64,000 bases of DNA from Elusimicrobiota bacterium (GCA_043810025.1 JBDRON010000053.1:462-64461); one strand, 5' to 3'. Positions 38,927 through 49,569 are shown, counted from the first letter of the stretch. Notes: generated from the sequence alone by a model not told the origin. Numbers and translations are program-made.

Positions 38927-39429
38927 TTGTCATCGGAATTGATCCAGGCACAGCGATTACCGGTTGGGCGGTTGTGGAAGCCAAAGATAAAACGCAGTTT
39001 TTTGCCCACGGCTATGATTGTGTTCGCACCGCTTCATCCTTACCCTTGCCGGAGCGGCTGAGTATCATCTATAACAGTTTAAAGAAGATCATCCAGTTGC
39101 ATCATCCTCAGGCGCTGGCGCTGGAGGAATTGTTTTTTGCTAATTACGGGAGAGGTAATTTTTCAGTCAGCCAGGCCCGCGGGGTAATCATGCTGGCGGC
39201 GGCAGAAAACGGTATCCCGGTTTTCGAATACAACCCCAAGACAGTAAAAATTTCTTTAACCGGTTACGGACAGGCGGATAAAAGCCAGGTCCAGTTAATG
39301 GTTAAACAGCTGTTAAGTTTAAAGGAAATCCCTCAACCTGACGATGTTGCCGATGCGCTGGCCATTGCGGTTTGTCATCTGCAAGATTATCGATGGAGAA
39401 TACCCAATGATTGCCTGCCTGCGCGGTAA
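38923..39429 (+). CDS. ruvC: Holliday junction resolvase RuvC
   Basis: MIVIGIDPGTAITGWAVVE... Confidence 0.92.
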   Translation: MIVIGIDPGTAITGWAVVEAKDKTQFFAHGYDCVRTASSLPLPERLSIIYNSLKKIIQLHHPQALALEELFFANYGRGNFSVSQARGVIMLAAAENGIPVFEYNPKTVKISLTGYGQADKSQVQLMVKQLLSLKEIPQPDDVADALAIAVCHLQDYRWRIPNDCLPAR

Positions 39430-40006
39430 AATAGCCAACAAACAGCCCAAAAAAATTATTATTGATGTGCAAGGCGTGGGGTATGAGGTTTTTATCCCTT
39501 ATTCCACTTACGAAAACTTGCCTGGAGAAGATGAGGAAGTGAAATTGGAGGTCCTTGAGTCTACCAGTCTTTACGGCGGAGGGGTAACCTTTTATGGGTT
39601 CCTCACCGAGCGGGAGAAAGAAATTTTTCTGCTCTTAAAAGAAGTTGTTCCCGGAACGGGAGCAAAGAAAGCGCTGGAATATTTAGAAAAGATTATCAAA
39701 TCGCTGCCGGAGTTTGCCGAAGCGGTGCGAAAAAAAGATAAAAATTTACTGGACAAAGTTTTTGGGTTTCGGGCGAAGACAGCCGAAAAACTGATTGCCA
39801 GTTTACAGGGAAAAATTAATCTCGAACAGTTGGAAACAGAAAACGGGCTGCAAGTGCTTTCCCGGAACAATTTTGAGGAAGCGCTGGCCGGGTTGGTCTC
39901 GCTGGGCTACAGCCAATTTGAGGCCCGCGCGGCTTTAAAGAAGCTGGAGAAGAAGGAAGAAAATTCTGTGGAAGAAATAATCCGCCTGGCTTTGAGGTGT
40001 TTATAA
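39407..40006 (+). CDS. ruvA: Holliday junction helicase subunit RuvA
   Basis: MIACLRGKI...[10 protein letters not shown]. The start at 39407 overlaps the ruvC 3' end. Confidence 0.9.
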   Translation: MIACLRGKIANKQPKKIIIDVQGVGYEVFIPYSTYENLPGEDEEVKLEVLESTSLYGGGVTFYGFLTEREKEIFLLLKEVVPGTGAKKALEYLEKIIKSLPEFAEAVRKKDKNLLDKVFGFRAKTAEKLIASLQGKINLEQLETENGLQVLSRNNFEEALAGLVSLGYSQFEARAALKKLEKKEENSVEEIIRLALRCL

Positions 40007-40007
40007 A

Positions 40008-41030
40008 ATGGATTCTACTGAGGAAAGATTAGTTAAATCCGATAAATTGCCCGGCGAAGAAATAGTGGAGAAAAACCTTCGTCCAAAAAAGTTGGACGAA
40101 TTTGTCGGGCAGGAGAAGCTGAAGGCAAACCTAAATGTTTTTATCCAGGCGGCAAAAAAAAGAAGCGAGCCGTTGGATCATTGTTTGTTTTACAGCCCGC
40201 CAGGGTTAGGTAAAACGACTTTGGCTCATATTATCGCTTATGAGATGGGTGGAAATTTAAGGGTTACCTCCGGTCCGGCTTTGGAGCGGGTGGGGGATTT
40301 AGCGGCGATCCTGACCAGTCTGACGCCGGGGGATGTTTTTTTTATCGATGAGATTCATCGGCTGAACCACCTGGTGGAGGAGGCTTTGTATCCGGTGATG
40401 GAGGATTTTAAGGTTGATGTTGTTTTAGGCCAGGGGCCCGGAGCAAGGATTATCAATTTAGCCGTTCCGCCGTTTACTTTGATCGGAGCGACGACGCGGG
40501 CCGGTTTGCTAACCAGTCCGTTGCGGGACCGGTTCGGGATAGTGACCCATCTGCAGTTTTATGAACGGTGGGAGCTGGAAAAAATTATCTGCCGTTCCGG
40601 CCGGATATTGGATGTGGAAATTGAAGAAGAAGCCACGAAAGAAATAGCCAAATGTTCCCGGGGAACGCCGAGGATTGCCAACCGGCTTCTACGCCGTTTG
40701 CGCGATTTTGCCCAGGTGAAGGGCGAGGGGAAAATTGATTGTCAAATAGCCGAGGATTCGTTAGCGGCCTTGGAAGTGGATAAATTGGGGCTCGACGCCA
40801 TGGACCGGCGGATCTTGGCGGCGATTATAGAAAAATTTTCCGGCGGCCCAGTCGGGCTGGAGACGATTGCCGTGGCGGTTTCCGAAGAGGTGGATACGAT
40901 CAGCGATGTCTATGAACCTTATTTGATCCAAACCGGGCTTTTAGCGCGCACCGCCCGCGGCCGGGTGGTTACCTCTCTGGCTTACCAGCATTTGGGTTTG
41001 AAGGGCGGGGGTGAAGGTGAACTTTTCTGA
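40008..41030 (+). CDS. ruvB: Holliday junction helicase RuvB
   Basis: AAA+ motifs: [17 protein letters not shown]. Confidence 0.93.
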   Translation: MDSTEERLVKSDKLPGEEIVEKNLRPKKLDEFVGQEKLKANLNVFIQAAKKRSEPLDHCLFYSPPGLGKTTLAHIIAYEMGGNLRVTSGPALERVGDLAAILTSLTPGDVFFIDEIHRLNHLVEEALYPVMEDFKVDVVLGQGPGARIINLAVPPFTLIGATTRAGLLTSPLRDRFGIVTHLQFYERWELEKIICRSGRILDVEIEEEATKEIAKCSRGTPRIANRLLRRLRDFAQVKGEGKIDCQIAEDSLAALEVDKLGLDAMDRRILAAIIEKFSGGPVGLETIAVAVSEEVDTISDVYEPYLIQTGLLARTARGRVVTSLAYQHLGLKGGGEGELF

Positions 41031-41929
41031 TTCAAACTAAATACGAATTAATTCAAGCCAAAACGATACTCAATAAGCTGGCCGAGCCGGACGAATATTT
41101 TCGCTGCACTTATACCGTCAATCCCTATCGCGGCTGTCAACATGACTGCCAGTATTGTTATGTCCAAGCCAAAAAATATTTACCTTCCGAGAATAGAGAA
41201 GATTTTTCCCAAAAAATTCAGATCAAGACTACCGCTCCCTTTTTGCTGAAAAAAGCTTTAGAAAAAATCAAACCAGGCGGGCTGATTTGTTTGGGGTCGG
41301 CTACCGATCCCTATCAGCCGATTGAAGAAAAATACCAAATTACCCGCCATCTTTTAGAGATAATTTTTAGTTTCTGCTATCCGGCGCAGATTATTACCAA
41401 ATCACCCTTAATCCGCCGCGATATCCGGTTAATCAAAGAGAATTCCAAGAAATCATTCTGCACGGTTTCCCTCTCCTTAATTTCCCTGAATCCCCGGCTG
41501 GTAAAAATTTTCGAACCGATGGCCCCTTCTCCTCAATCAAGGTTGGAAACGGTGCAGGAGTTGGCTAGAGCCGGGATCAGCGTGGGGATCACCTTAATGC
41601 CGATCCTGCCCTATCTCACCGAAGGCGGCGATTTGGAAAAGGTTTTTTATGCCGCTAAATCCGCCGGAGCAACATACGTTTTGCCCGGCGCCTTGACCTT
41701 GCGGGACAATGTCCAGCAGCGTTTTTTCAGTTTGCTCCACCAGCATTACCCCCAACTGCTCCATCGCTACTCTGCTCTCTACGATCGAGGAATAAACCCG
41801 TCGATCACTTTTCTCCAGCGAATCAATCAGGAGCTTGCGCACCTATCCCAAAAATACAAACTCCCTTTATCTTTTCCCTGCGAGCCGGAGAAAATCTTCC
41901 CCTACCCCCGCCAAGGCGAATTCTGGTGA
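41027..41929 (+). CDS. SPL-family radical SAM protein (CxxxCxxC); start codon uncertain
   Basis: The frame is open from 41021, directly after the ruvB stop. The CQHDCQYC cluster lies upstream of the first ATG at 41243, so translation must begin at a non-ATG codon (CTG at 41027 or ATT at 41030) or the 5' region is defective. Confidence 0.55.
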   Translation: MIQTKYELIQAKTILNKLAEPDEYFRCTYTVNPYRGCQHDCQYCYVQAKKYLPSENREDFSQKIQIKTTAPFLLKKALEKIKPGGLICLGSATDPYQPIEEKYQITRHLLEIIFSFCYPAQIITKSPLIRRDIRLIKENSKKSFCTVSLSLISLNPRLVKIFEPMAPSPQSRLETVQELARAGISVGITLMPILPYLTEGGDLEKVFYAAKSAGATYVLPGALTLRDNVQQRFFSLLHQHYPQLLHRYSALYDRGINPSITFLQRINQELAHLSQKYKLPLSFPCEPEKIFPYPRQGEFW

Positions 41930-42020
41930 ACTTTGGGGACGGAGTTAGGTAATTAGGTAATGATTTTTTACTTGACAATGTATGATGTATAATGTATATT
42001 ACAGCAAGGAGGTAAAAATC

Positions 42021-42296
42021 ATGAGTAATTTACATCGAACCCAAATCTATATCGATGAAGAGCAAATGTATCAACTCAAACTTGAAGCAGATAAAGAACA
42101 TCTTACGGTGTCGGAAATAATCCGAAGAGCAATTAAGGATTTCTTTAAATTGCGGACAAAAAAGATCGATTGGAACAGTGATTCCCTGACAAAGTCAATT
42201 GGTAGAATTAAACTTAAGAGTTCTGATACCTCGGAAGATCACGATCAATATCTATATGGTGAAAAATTGGCTAAACCTCTTTACCGGAAAAAATAG
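42021..42296 (+). CDS. ribbon-helix-helix antitoxin (VapB/CopG-like)
   Basis: MSNLHRTQIYIDEEQMYQLKLEA... AAGGAGG RBS. Upstream of a PIN gene. Confidence 0.55.
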   Translation: MSNLHRTQIYIDEEQMYQLKLEADKEHLTVSEIIRRAIKDFFKLRTKKIDWNSDSLTKSIGRIKLKSSDTSEDHDQYLYGEKLAKPLYRKK

Positions 42297-42299
42297 TTT

Positions 42300-42719
42300 A
42301 TGGAAAAAATTTTTGTCGATACCAGCGGCTGGGTAGCGCTTTTTGTTGAGGACGATAAACATCATTTAAAAGCAAAAAATGTTTTTGAGGAGATTAAAAA
42401 ATCAAAAGCAGCGTTGTATACTTCGGACTATATTATCGATGAAACCATCACCATTATTCAAGCAAGGGGTGGATATCAACAATCGCTGGTTGTTGGTGAA
42501 GTTTTCTTCACCAGCAAAGTGATTGAAATAGTCTCCGTTTTTCCTGATCATTTTCACGCCGCCTGGCAACTGCACAAAAAATATAAAGATAAAGAATTCA
42601 GTTTTACTGATCTCACTTCTTTCTCCATAATAAAAAATCTTAATATCGGCAAGGCTTTTGCTTTTGATAAACATTTCCGGCAAGCCGGCATCGAGCTTGC
42701 CTTCCAATTTAACATTTAA
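42300..42719 (+). CDS. vapC: PIN-domain toxin VapC
   Basis: MEKIFVDTSGWVALF... PIN acidic residues. Confidence 0.8.
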   Translation: MEKIFVDTSGWVALFVEDDKHHLKAKNVFEEIKKSKAALYTSDYIIDETITIIQARGGYQQSLVVGEVFFTSKVIEIVSVFPDHFHAAWQLHKKYKDKEFSFTDLTSFSIIKNLNIGKAFAFDKHFRQAGIELAFQFNI

Positions 42720-42894
42720 ACTCATCAATTTGCCCGCAACTCTTCAAAAAAGCTTAACAAAAAATTAACAACTTCTTAACAAAAAATTAACAACTTCTTA
42801 ACATAAACTTAACATGGGTTGTGTATACTATTGGTGAAAGCAAAAAAGTTTAGATATAATTTATTGTGATCAGTTTTTTTATTGGCGTAATATT

Positions 42895-44325
42895 ATGTTT
42901 AAAAAACTAAATCTTATTATTGTATCGGTTAGTTTTATTTTAGCTATTGTCGGGCCGGATTGTCTTTGGGCTCTTCGGCCGCCGGCTAATGAAGAAAAAA
43001 AATCCCTAATATTAGAAAAAGCAATAGATCCCAAAAACAGTATCATAACTGTGTCACCATCAATTCTGCAAATTGATAATGTAAAAAAGGCTGTCTTCCA
43101 AAAATACTTTTTAGCCCAGGTGTTTTCGCTGCTTAAGAATGAAGACGAATATATTTCTCGTGGCGGTTTGAAAAATTTAGATATAGTGACGAAGGTTCTG
43201 ATTGCTGATGCTGGGCCTAAAGGCATAAAAATCGTTGAAAAATTAATTTTCCCCGTTCTTCTTAACAAAGAATATTCATGGCCGAATGATAAATTTGCTT
43301 GGGGAGTTTTTGCCAAAATAATACAAATTCTTATAGATGCAGGGCCCGAAGGAATTAAACTATTACAAGAACAACTACTTCCTGCATATTTTGGTGTTTC
43401 TAAAAAAAATTTACATGGAGAAGTATGGCGGTCGTTCGGTGCAGTGTCGCAGGCATTGTTAATTATTGATCCTTCAGGGAAGAAGTTTTTAGAAGAATGC
43501 CTTCCTTTTTACAGAATGGCCGTTAAGTATAAATTCGAAATGAATGATTATAATGTGCCTGAGCAAATTTTTGATGTTGTGTCCCTAGCGCTAAAAACTG
43601 TTGATCCTTCCGGAAAAAGGCTTGCCGAAGAACGTATCTTTCTTTATTCCACAGCCCTTAATTATCCAGCAAATTCAGAGGCTTCTAAAAATGCCTGCAA
43701 GGTTCTAACAGAGATGTTAATCAGTGGTGATCCTACTGGCCGGAGATTTTTAGATGAATTTATTCCGCTTTACAATCATGTCCTGACGAATTCAAATTCA
43801 TATATTCGTGACAATGCTTGGAAAAATTTTGCGGAAGTGTTAGAAACAGTAAATTTGGCTGGCCCTGAAAAAATTAAGCTTTTCGAAGCCATCGTTTCTG
43901 TTTATAAAAAATTGCTCAATCATTCAGATTCGAGAATTCGCGCCGCTGCTTTAGGAAGTTTTGCTGAGCTGTCCAAAGTATTAATGATCATTGATCCAAG
44001 CGGCAATAAATTTTTAAATGAATACTTGCCGTTATATAGTAAAGCCCTTGAAAATTCGGACACCAATATTTCCAGCGGCGCTTGGGAAAGTTTCCCTAAA
44101 CTTTTACAAATACTCCCTGCTTTTGACGCTGAGCAGGATAAACTATTGGAAGCGATGTTTGCCATTTATAAAAGTTTGCTAAATAATTCAGATCTAACGG
44201 TTTTGAGCAATGCTTGGAGAAATTTCACTGAGGTGTCAAAAGCAGTAATGCTCGTTGATCCCAGTGGAAAAAAATTTATTGGAGAATATCTTCCTCTTTA
44301 TAGTAGATGGGATAAAAATTTTTGA
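42895..44325 (+). CDS. secreted HEAT/ARM-like repeat protein (about 40-aa repeats: DPSGKKFL.EYLPLY...AL.NSD..I...AW.NF.EV)
   Basis: Signal peptide plus at least 9 tandem helical repeats. The frame ends at 44325, but the repeat pattern continues in another frame. Confidence 0.6.
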   Translation: MFKKLNLIIVSVSFILAIVGPDCLWALRPPANEEKKSLILEKAIDPKNSIITVSPSILQIDNVKKAVFQKYFLAQVFSLLKNEDEYISRGGLKNLDIVTKVLIADAGPKGIKIVEKLIFPVLLNKEYSWPNDKFAWGVFAKIIQILIDAGPEGIKLLQEQLLPAYFGVSKKNLHGEVWRSFGAVSQALLIIDPSGKKFLEECLPFYRMAVKYKFEMNDYNVPEQIFDVVSLALKTVDPSGKRLAEERIFLYSTALNYPANSEASKNACKVLTEMLISGDPTGRRFLDEFIPLYNHVLTNSNSYIRDNAWKNFAEVLETVNLAGPEKIKLFEAIVSVYKKLLNHSDSRIRAAALGSFAELSKVLMIIDPSGNKFLNEYLPLYSKALENSDTNISSGAWESFPKLLQILPAFDAEQDKLLEAMFAIYKSLLNNSDLTVLSNAWRNFTEVSKAVMLVDPSGKKFIGEYLPLYSRWDKNF

Positions 44326-44575
44326 AGAGCAGTTCTTAGCTTCCTATGAAAAGGCCTTTTCGGGTGACTATCTACCTATTTTAGGATATGCTCGGTATAC
44401 GGCGGGAGGTGTGGCTAAAGCTCTGATCTTAGCTGGCCCGAAAGGAATAGAACTTGTGGAAAAACGGCTTTTCCCTTCGTTTAAAGAGAAAGATTTTTAT
44501 TATAGTAGTGATTTCGATACAATTTTTACTCCGATCATCGCCGAAGCCGGGCCGGAAAGTACTGAACTTTTTTAA
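44255..44575 (+). CDS. continuation of the HEAT-like repeat protein in a different frame (frameshift near 44300)
   Basis: Same repeat motif (GPKGIELVEKRLFPSF...). No independent start context. Confidence 0.35.
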   Translation: MIPVEKNLLENIFLFIVDGIKIFEEQFLASYEKAFSGDYLPILGYARYTAGGVAKALILAGPKGIELVEKRLFPSFKEKDFYYSSDFDTIFTPIIAEAGPESTELF

Positions 44576-44596
44576 AAATGGTTTCCTAAAGCTACC

Positions 44597-45208
44597 TTGA
44601 ATGATTCATCTTTAAAAGACCGGCCGAAAACTGCGGAAAATTTGGATAAAGAGGGGCAAATCCCGGAAAATTTATGGGAAATTGCCCAAACACAGATTAC
44701 CAATGATCGAACAGGCGAAAAGTTTTTAGAGAAAAGCTTACCTTTATACGATAATGACTTTAACGACAAAGATTTTCGTATTCGTGAAACTGCAGCCGCA
44801 AATTTTATTGGATTGTCTCCTTTTGTTGGCTTTGATTCCAATGGTATCTCCCAGACACCGGAAGAAATATGGGAGACGATGAAAAATATTCCGATGCCAT
44901 CCGACCCAGGATCTGTTAATACTCTCACTATGCTTGCTCTTCTCTTGCTATCCGAGGAGAATCTTGCTGAACATAAAGATCCGGCACAAGTATGGGAAAT
45001 AGTCAGTAGAATTTTAAAGATACTTTCCGGCTTACAAGAAGGACTTTTAGCAACGGAACTTTCCTCAAGATTAGTTGAGGTTCTTTCCCGTAAAGGTGAT
45101 CGGATGGACGAAAAAATTATTCAGCAGACTTATCAAGATTATTTTAAAACGAATGAACTTCCTCGGCAACACAGCGGCCCGAAAGATCTCCTTGGACAGA
45201 TCATTTGA
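44597..45208 (+). CDS. further continuation of the HEAT-like repeat protein, separated from the previous segment by an in-frame TAA at 44573
   Basis: Same frame as 44255-44575. Carries the EKFLEKSLPLYDN repeat motif. Confidence 0.4.
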   Translation: MNDSSLKDRPKTAENLDKEGQIPENLWEIAQTQITNDRTGEKFLEKSLPLYDNDFNDKDFRIRETAAANFIGLSPFVGFDSNGISQTPEEIWETMKNIPMPSDPGSVNTLTMLALLLLSEENLAEHKDPAQVWEIVSRILKILSGLQEGLLATELSSRLVEVLSRKGDRMDEKIIQQTYQDYFKTNELPRQHSGPKDLLGQII

Positions 45209-46005
45209 AGGAAGTGGAACGTTTTTTAGTCGAAGAGACATTAGGAGAGAAAAAAACATCAATGGCAGGGAATGAAGTTTATTTACCGGTAATTGATGCT
45301 ACGATAAGTGTCGAAGATAACCCGATTGAGACGATGCATTTAGGCTGGCCAAAATTGGGCGGGAGCTGTCTGGATATTGTAGAAGGTGCATATCAGTATA
45401 AAGCCGCAGGTTATCTGTTAAATCCAGCAGTGCGTGTAATCTATATTCGTGATAAAAAAAATCCTCAGAAACCTTTGGCCCGGGTGAGTGTATGGTTCGA
45501 TCCGGCAAGCAAAACTTTAGTCGCGATTAGTCCGATAAAAGCATCCGCTCCATATGGCTTTATGCCGTTAGTAAGAAATTTATTTAAAGAATGGGCAAAA
45601 TATTCAAGTATAACAGTTGTTCTTCCTACTTCGTTAGGTTATAATAAAAATTTGGGTGACAATTTCGTATCTGATAAAAGAAAAGTTTCTCTGCCCAAAG
45701 GACTATTAAGGTTGTATTCGGATTTAACTGGTGAGGTTAACGGTTGGGAAAGTCTCGTGGAAGGATGGGTTTTTGAAAATAAGGCAGATGTCTGGAATTT
45801 AACAAATGTTGTTACAAAAGAACTTGAGACTATGGATAAAACTATTTTAGGTTTATTGAAACAAAATTCATGGTGGAAAATAAGAATAGCAATCAGTGGA
45901 ATATTAAGAAATATAGGAAAAGTAAATATTGGAAAAATTAAACACGAAAAAATATCCGATTTTATGCATAAAATATCCAAAAAGTATGTTGATCGAGCAA
46001 TTTAG
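45205..46005 (+). CDS. hypothetical protein
   Basis: 266-aa ORF translationally coupled (ATGA) to the preceding segment. No family recognised. Confidence 0.4.
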   Translation: MKEVERFLVEETLGEKKTSMAGNEVYLPVIDATISVEDNPIETMHLGWPKLGGSCLDIVEGAYQYKAAGYLLNPAVRVIYIRDKKNPQKPLARVSVWFDPASKTLVAISPIKASAPYGFMPLVRNLFKEWAKYSSITVVLPTSLGYNKNLGDNFVSDKRKVSLPKGLLRLYSDLTGEVNGWESLVEGWVFENKADVWNLTNVVTKELETMDKTILGLLKQNSWWKIRIAISGILRNIGKVNIGKIKHEKISDFMHKISKKYVDRAI

Positions 46006-46217
46006 AACTTTAACAAGTTTATCCAAGCTTTGCCTTCCATGATTTATAATGTTATTTAACTTGACTAAATAACATGTATATGTTATTTTAATATTATGAT
46101 CTTTAAGCGTTTGTTAAGCCTGAATAATTTAAAGCGGTCGGCCTATATTAAAGAAGAAATTCAAGCCGAAGCAATTACTCGCAACATCGGCGCTTTTCAA
46201 CGTTTCTTAAATGTTGC

Positions 46218-46318
46218 CGCTTGATTATTTTGGATATTATGCTGCCCGGGATAGATGGATTAGAGATTTGCCGTTTGCTCAAACAGGAGGCCAAGCTAAA
46301 AACTATCCCGACCAGTTT
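46218..46318 (+). pseudogene. response-regulator receiver-domain fragment
   Basis: Encodes LIILDIMLPGIDGLEICRLLKQEAKLKTIP. Flanking frames are broken on both sides. Confidence 0.4.
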
Positions 46319-46326
46319 GATAAATA

Positions 46327-46917
46327 TTACTTATAACCGTAAGCGATGTAATAATCTTTGCCTTCTTCAATCGTATTGTTATTGAATCCTGCTTTTTTTA
46401 AGAGCGATATCATCTTTTCGTCATCTGGCATGTGGTCCTGGGCTACCGGGACTCCCACCTTACGATGAAATGAATTTATTGTTTCTCTCACATCAGTGTG
46501 TGCGATAATTAAATTGCCTCTGGGTTTGAGTATCCGGAATAATTCCTTCAACACTTTCAATTTATTTGGAAAATGTGGAAAGACAGCAAAGCAGATTACA
46601 ATATCAAACAAGGCATCGTCAAATGGTGTTTCCCCGGCATCAGCGCAAATATATTCAAAAGCATCGCCATATTTCGCCTTTGCTTTCTCCAGCATCGGCG
46701 CGGAATAATCAAGAGCTGCTACTTTGCCTTTTTTGCCGGCGCTCTTTTTCAAGAATGGCAAAAGTATCCCTGTGCCGCTTCCCACATCAAGAATATATTC
46801 AGCTTTCTTTATCTTAAATAATGGCAGTAAATCTTTTTCTATCCTTCTGATAATGTCCTTGGTGATAAAATTATCCCACTTTTCTGCATGCCGATCAAAG
46901 AACTGTTTACGATTCAT
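46327..46917 (-). CDS. class I SAM-dependent methyltransferase
   Basis: Motif I: ILDVGSGTGILLP. Confidence 0.8.
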   Translation of the reverse strand: MNRKQFFDRHAEKWDNFITKDIIRRIEKDLLPLFKIKKAEYILDVGSGTGILLPFLKKSAGKKGKVAALDYSAPMLEKAKAKYGDAFEYICADAGETPFDDALFDIVICFAVFPHFPNKLKVLKELFRILKPRGNLIIAHTDVRETINSFHRKVGVPVAQDHMPDDEKMISLLKKAGFNNNTIEEGKDYYIAYGYK

Positions 46918-47728
46918 AATCTTTGGCTCTCCTTTTTGGTGAAAATGTCATACAAATTATAAAGATCATACTAGATACAATAATGATTACAGCGCCGGAA
47001 GGAACATTAAAGTAATACGATAGAAAAAGCCCTGTAAGGCAGGACATAACACCGAACAACGCAGAAAGAAAATACATCTTTTTCAAGTCATAAGTAAGCT
47101 GATAGGCTGCCAAAGGCGAACTGGTTATCAAGCTGAAAATGAGCAGTCCGCCGACGGTATTCAGGTTCAAAGTAACAGTCATCCCGCATAATGAAAGCAA
47201 CAGGTAAAGTATTGTTTTCTCGGGTATGCCGACAGCTTCTGCAATTTCGCAGTTGAAAAGAACCGCCAGTATTTCCCTGAATAAAAGTTTAAGAACTAAA
47301 ATTATTAAAGCTGCTGTTACCAAAAGTAAGACTATCTCTTGATTAGACACAGTCAATATATTACCCCAAAGAAAGTTTAATGCTTCTGTTTTTGAGCCTC
47401 TGAGAAGCCCTAGGCACAGGAAAGCAATACCCAACACAAATGAAAAGATAACTCCAACAGAAATATTAGGAGAAAAATCCCCTCTGTCTGCTATCGGGCC
47501 AATAAGCACGGCAGAGGCAAGACAAAAAAGCATTGAAGTTATAAGCGGGTTTAGGCCAATTAAGACGCCGAACACCGCCCCGGCAAATGCGGAATGTGAC
47601 ATCGCCACACCGACAAAGGGAATATTGAGAAGTATAACCCAAACGCCGACTATCCCGCAGGTTATTCCGCCAAGCAGGGAAGCGGCTATTGCTCTTTGAA
47701 CGAATTCGTAACTCAACAATTCAAACAT
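46907..47728 (-). CDS. metal ABC transporter permease (ZnuB/TroC family)
   Basis: Eight-TM hydrophobic profile. In an operon with the ATPase and the substrate-binding protein. Confidence 0.8.
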   Translation of the reverse strand: MFELLSYEFVQRAIAASLLGGITCGIVGVWVILLNIPFVGVAMSHSAFAGAVFGVLIGLNPLITSMLFCLASAVLIGPIADRGDFSPNISVGVIFSFVLGIAFLCLGLLRGSKTEALNFLWGNILTVSNQEIVLLLVTAALIILVLKLLFREILAVLFNCEIAEAVGIPEKTILYLLLSLCGMTVTLNLNTVGGLLIFSLITSSPLAAYQLTYDLKKMYFLSALFGVMSCLTGLFLSYYFNVPSGAVIIIVSSMIFIICMTFSPKRRAKDYES

Positions 47729-47736
47729 AATCTTCC

Positions 47737-48525
47737 TTAAAGATGGGATTGTCCAGCATGAAAATGTCTTTTACCATGGATCAGTCCTATTTCAATTGGG
47801 CAATCGTAAAGCTTTGAAAGCAAATTCTCTTTTAACGCTTTTTCTGAACTTCCGGCATACATAATTTTCCCCCGTTGCATCAGTACGGCATAGTCACAAC
47901 AGGCGGGGATATGGCTTAGAATATGAGTAACAAATACTATGGTGTACTTCTTTTCCGAGTAAATTCTTTCAATTAACCGCATAATCTCGCCCTGGGATTT
48001 AGGGTCAAGATTCGATGTCGGTTCGTCAAACAAAATTATTTTCGGCTGCTGCGCCAAGGCCCGGGCGATAGAAACCTTTTGATGTTCACCGCCAGACAAA
48101 TGTCCGATTGGTTTATTCTCTAAATTGCTTATACCAACTTCAGCCATCGCTGACCTGACAAGGTCATCATCAGCAGAAGTCCATTTTTTGAACAATCCGA
48201 TTTTGCCAAATCTGCCGATACTTACTGCCTGATAAACAGATATTGGCGATCTCGGGTCAATATTCAGGTGTTGAGGGATATAACCGATATCCTTGCGGAT
48301 CTGCGAAATGTTTTTGTTTTCAATACGCTGACCAAATACTTTTACTGAACCTGAGAGAATTGCGCCAAGCCCGTTGATCACAGTAAGCAGAGTGGTTTTA
48401 CCTGCGCCGTTAGGTCCGATGACAGAGACAAATGAACCCTCATCTATCTCTAAGGTTATATTTCTTAGCGCAATATTTTCCCGATAAGATACAGTTACAT
48501 GATCCAGCTCGATAATTTTACTCAT
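47737..48525 (-). CDS. metal ABC transporter ATP-binding protein (ZnuC-like)
   Basis: Walker A GPNGAGKTT, signature LSGGEHQ, Walker B. Confidence 0.85.
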   Translation of the reverse strand: MSKIIELDHVTVSYRENIALRNITLEIDEGSFVSVIGPNGAGKTTLLTVINGLGAILSGSVKVFGQRIENKNISQIRKDIGYIPQHLNIDPRSPISVYQAVSIGRFGKIGLFKKWTSADDDLVRSAMAEVGISNLENKPIGHLSGGEHQKVSIARALAQQPKIILFDEPTSNLDPKSQGEIMRLIERIYSEKKYTIVFVTHILSHIPACCDYAVLMQRGKIMYAGSSEKALKENLLSKLYDCPIEIGLIHGKRHFHAGQSHL

Positions 48526-49330
48526 TTAAGGCCTTGTCAATGGTTTCTATGTTATTTTCTAAAGTTTTAAAATAGGAATCTTCGAGTGGAAAATTTGAAA
48601 GCGTAACATGTTTTATTTTAAGGTCTTTTGCCAGCTGTAATCCTGCGTTGGCGCCGCTTTGCAGGTTATCAACAACAAGCCGGGTTTTTTCTTTTTTAGC
48701 AAGCGCCATAATATTTGCCAACTCACGGATGTTCAAGTCTTCCGGCCGGCCGTAAGTTTTTACTATATCCAACCCCAGCCAGAGAAGAAAATCTTTTTGC
48801 TGCTCGGAGCATAGCGCTTTTATCCCTTCATACTGTGTTTTTGTTTTTATCTTTTTTCTAAGCATTTCAACCTTGCTGGCGTAATCTTTAAGATTTTTTT
48901 GATAGTAACCCTTATTCAGCACATCGGTCTCGGAAAAAAGGCCGGCAACTTCAGCCGCGGCTTTGACATTTACTTCGGGTATCATCCAGTTGCCCTGTGT
49001 TGATATTTGCTTCTTCAAAATGTTTTTATTGTCTATTTTAGCAAGCAGATTTTCAATCCATTTCTCCCAGCTATGGCTGATCAATAATTTTGACCGGCTA
49101 ATCTTTTTCATTGTGACAGGTTCCATGTCAAAATGACCTGGGCACATACTGCCCGGCACCAGAATTATCACTTCGATCTTTTCCTTTCCTATTTGTGCTG
49201 CAATTGAACCTAGATGAGTGGTAGTTGTGACCACTTTTATTTTTGTAGATTCTTTTTCCATACAGTTACCCGGTACAACAAGAGAGGTAAGCAAAACTGA
49301 AAATAATAGGCGCTTGCTGAGTATTTTCAA
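48518..49330 (-). CDS. metal ABC transporter substrate-binding protein (ZnuA/TroA family)
   Basis: Signal peptide and TroA-like fold signature. Upstream of the ATPase and permease. Confidence 0.7.
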   Translation of the reverse strand: MKILSKRLLFSVLLTSLVVPGNCMEKESTKIKVVTTTTHLGSIAAQIGKEKIEVIILVPGSMCPGHFDMEPVTMKKISRSKLLISHSWEKWIENLLAKIDNKNILKKQISTQGNWMIPEVNVKAAAEVAGLFSETDVLNKGYYQKNLKDYASKVEMLRKKIKTKTQYEGIKALCSEQQKDFLLWLGLDIVKTYGRPEDLNIRELANIMALAKKEKTRLVVDNLQSGANAGLQLAKDLKIKHVTLSNFPLEDSYFKTLENNIETIDKALNE

Positions 49331-49380
49331 ATTATTCTCCTTTTGTTAAGTGAAGGAACAACTGAAAAAAATAGAGTGTT

Positions 49381-49409
49381 GCAGGGAACGGTAGCGACCG
49401 TTCCCTGCA
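49381..49409. repeat. REP-like palindrome GCAGGGAACGGTAGCGACCGTTCCCTGC overlapping the presumed promoter region of the metal ABC operon
   Basis: Near-perfect 30-bp palindrome about 50 bp upstream of the start at 49330. Confidence 0.7.
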
Positions 49410-49425
49410 CAAGCAAAGAGAGAAA

Positions 49426-49457
49426 TCAAAAAGCCCGCACCGAAGGTGCGCTAATTT
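49426..49457 (-). terminator. rho-independent terminator (minus strand) downstream of the TonB-receptor gene
   Basis: Minus strand reads AGCGCACC-TTCG-GGTGCGGGCT followed by TTTTT. Confidence 0.6.
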
Positions 49458-49569
49458 GAAGCTAAGGAATTTCAATGTTGTTGACGGTAAAGCTAATTTG
49501 TTTTTGACTTTGTAGTTTGCCGATTTATCGGCGTTTTAAGGCGCCCCATAAATGGGGCAGCTACAATGA

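Noticed and set aside
46496-46942. Several plus-strand ORFs (70-83 aa) overlapping the SAM methyltransferase gene
   Set aside because: Antisense to a gene with clear methyltransferase motifs. No independent support.
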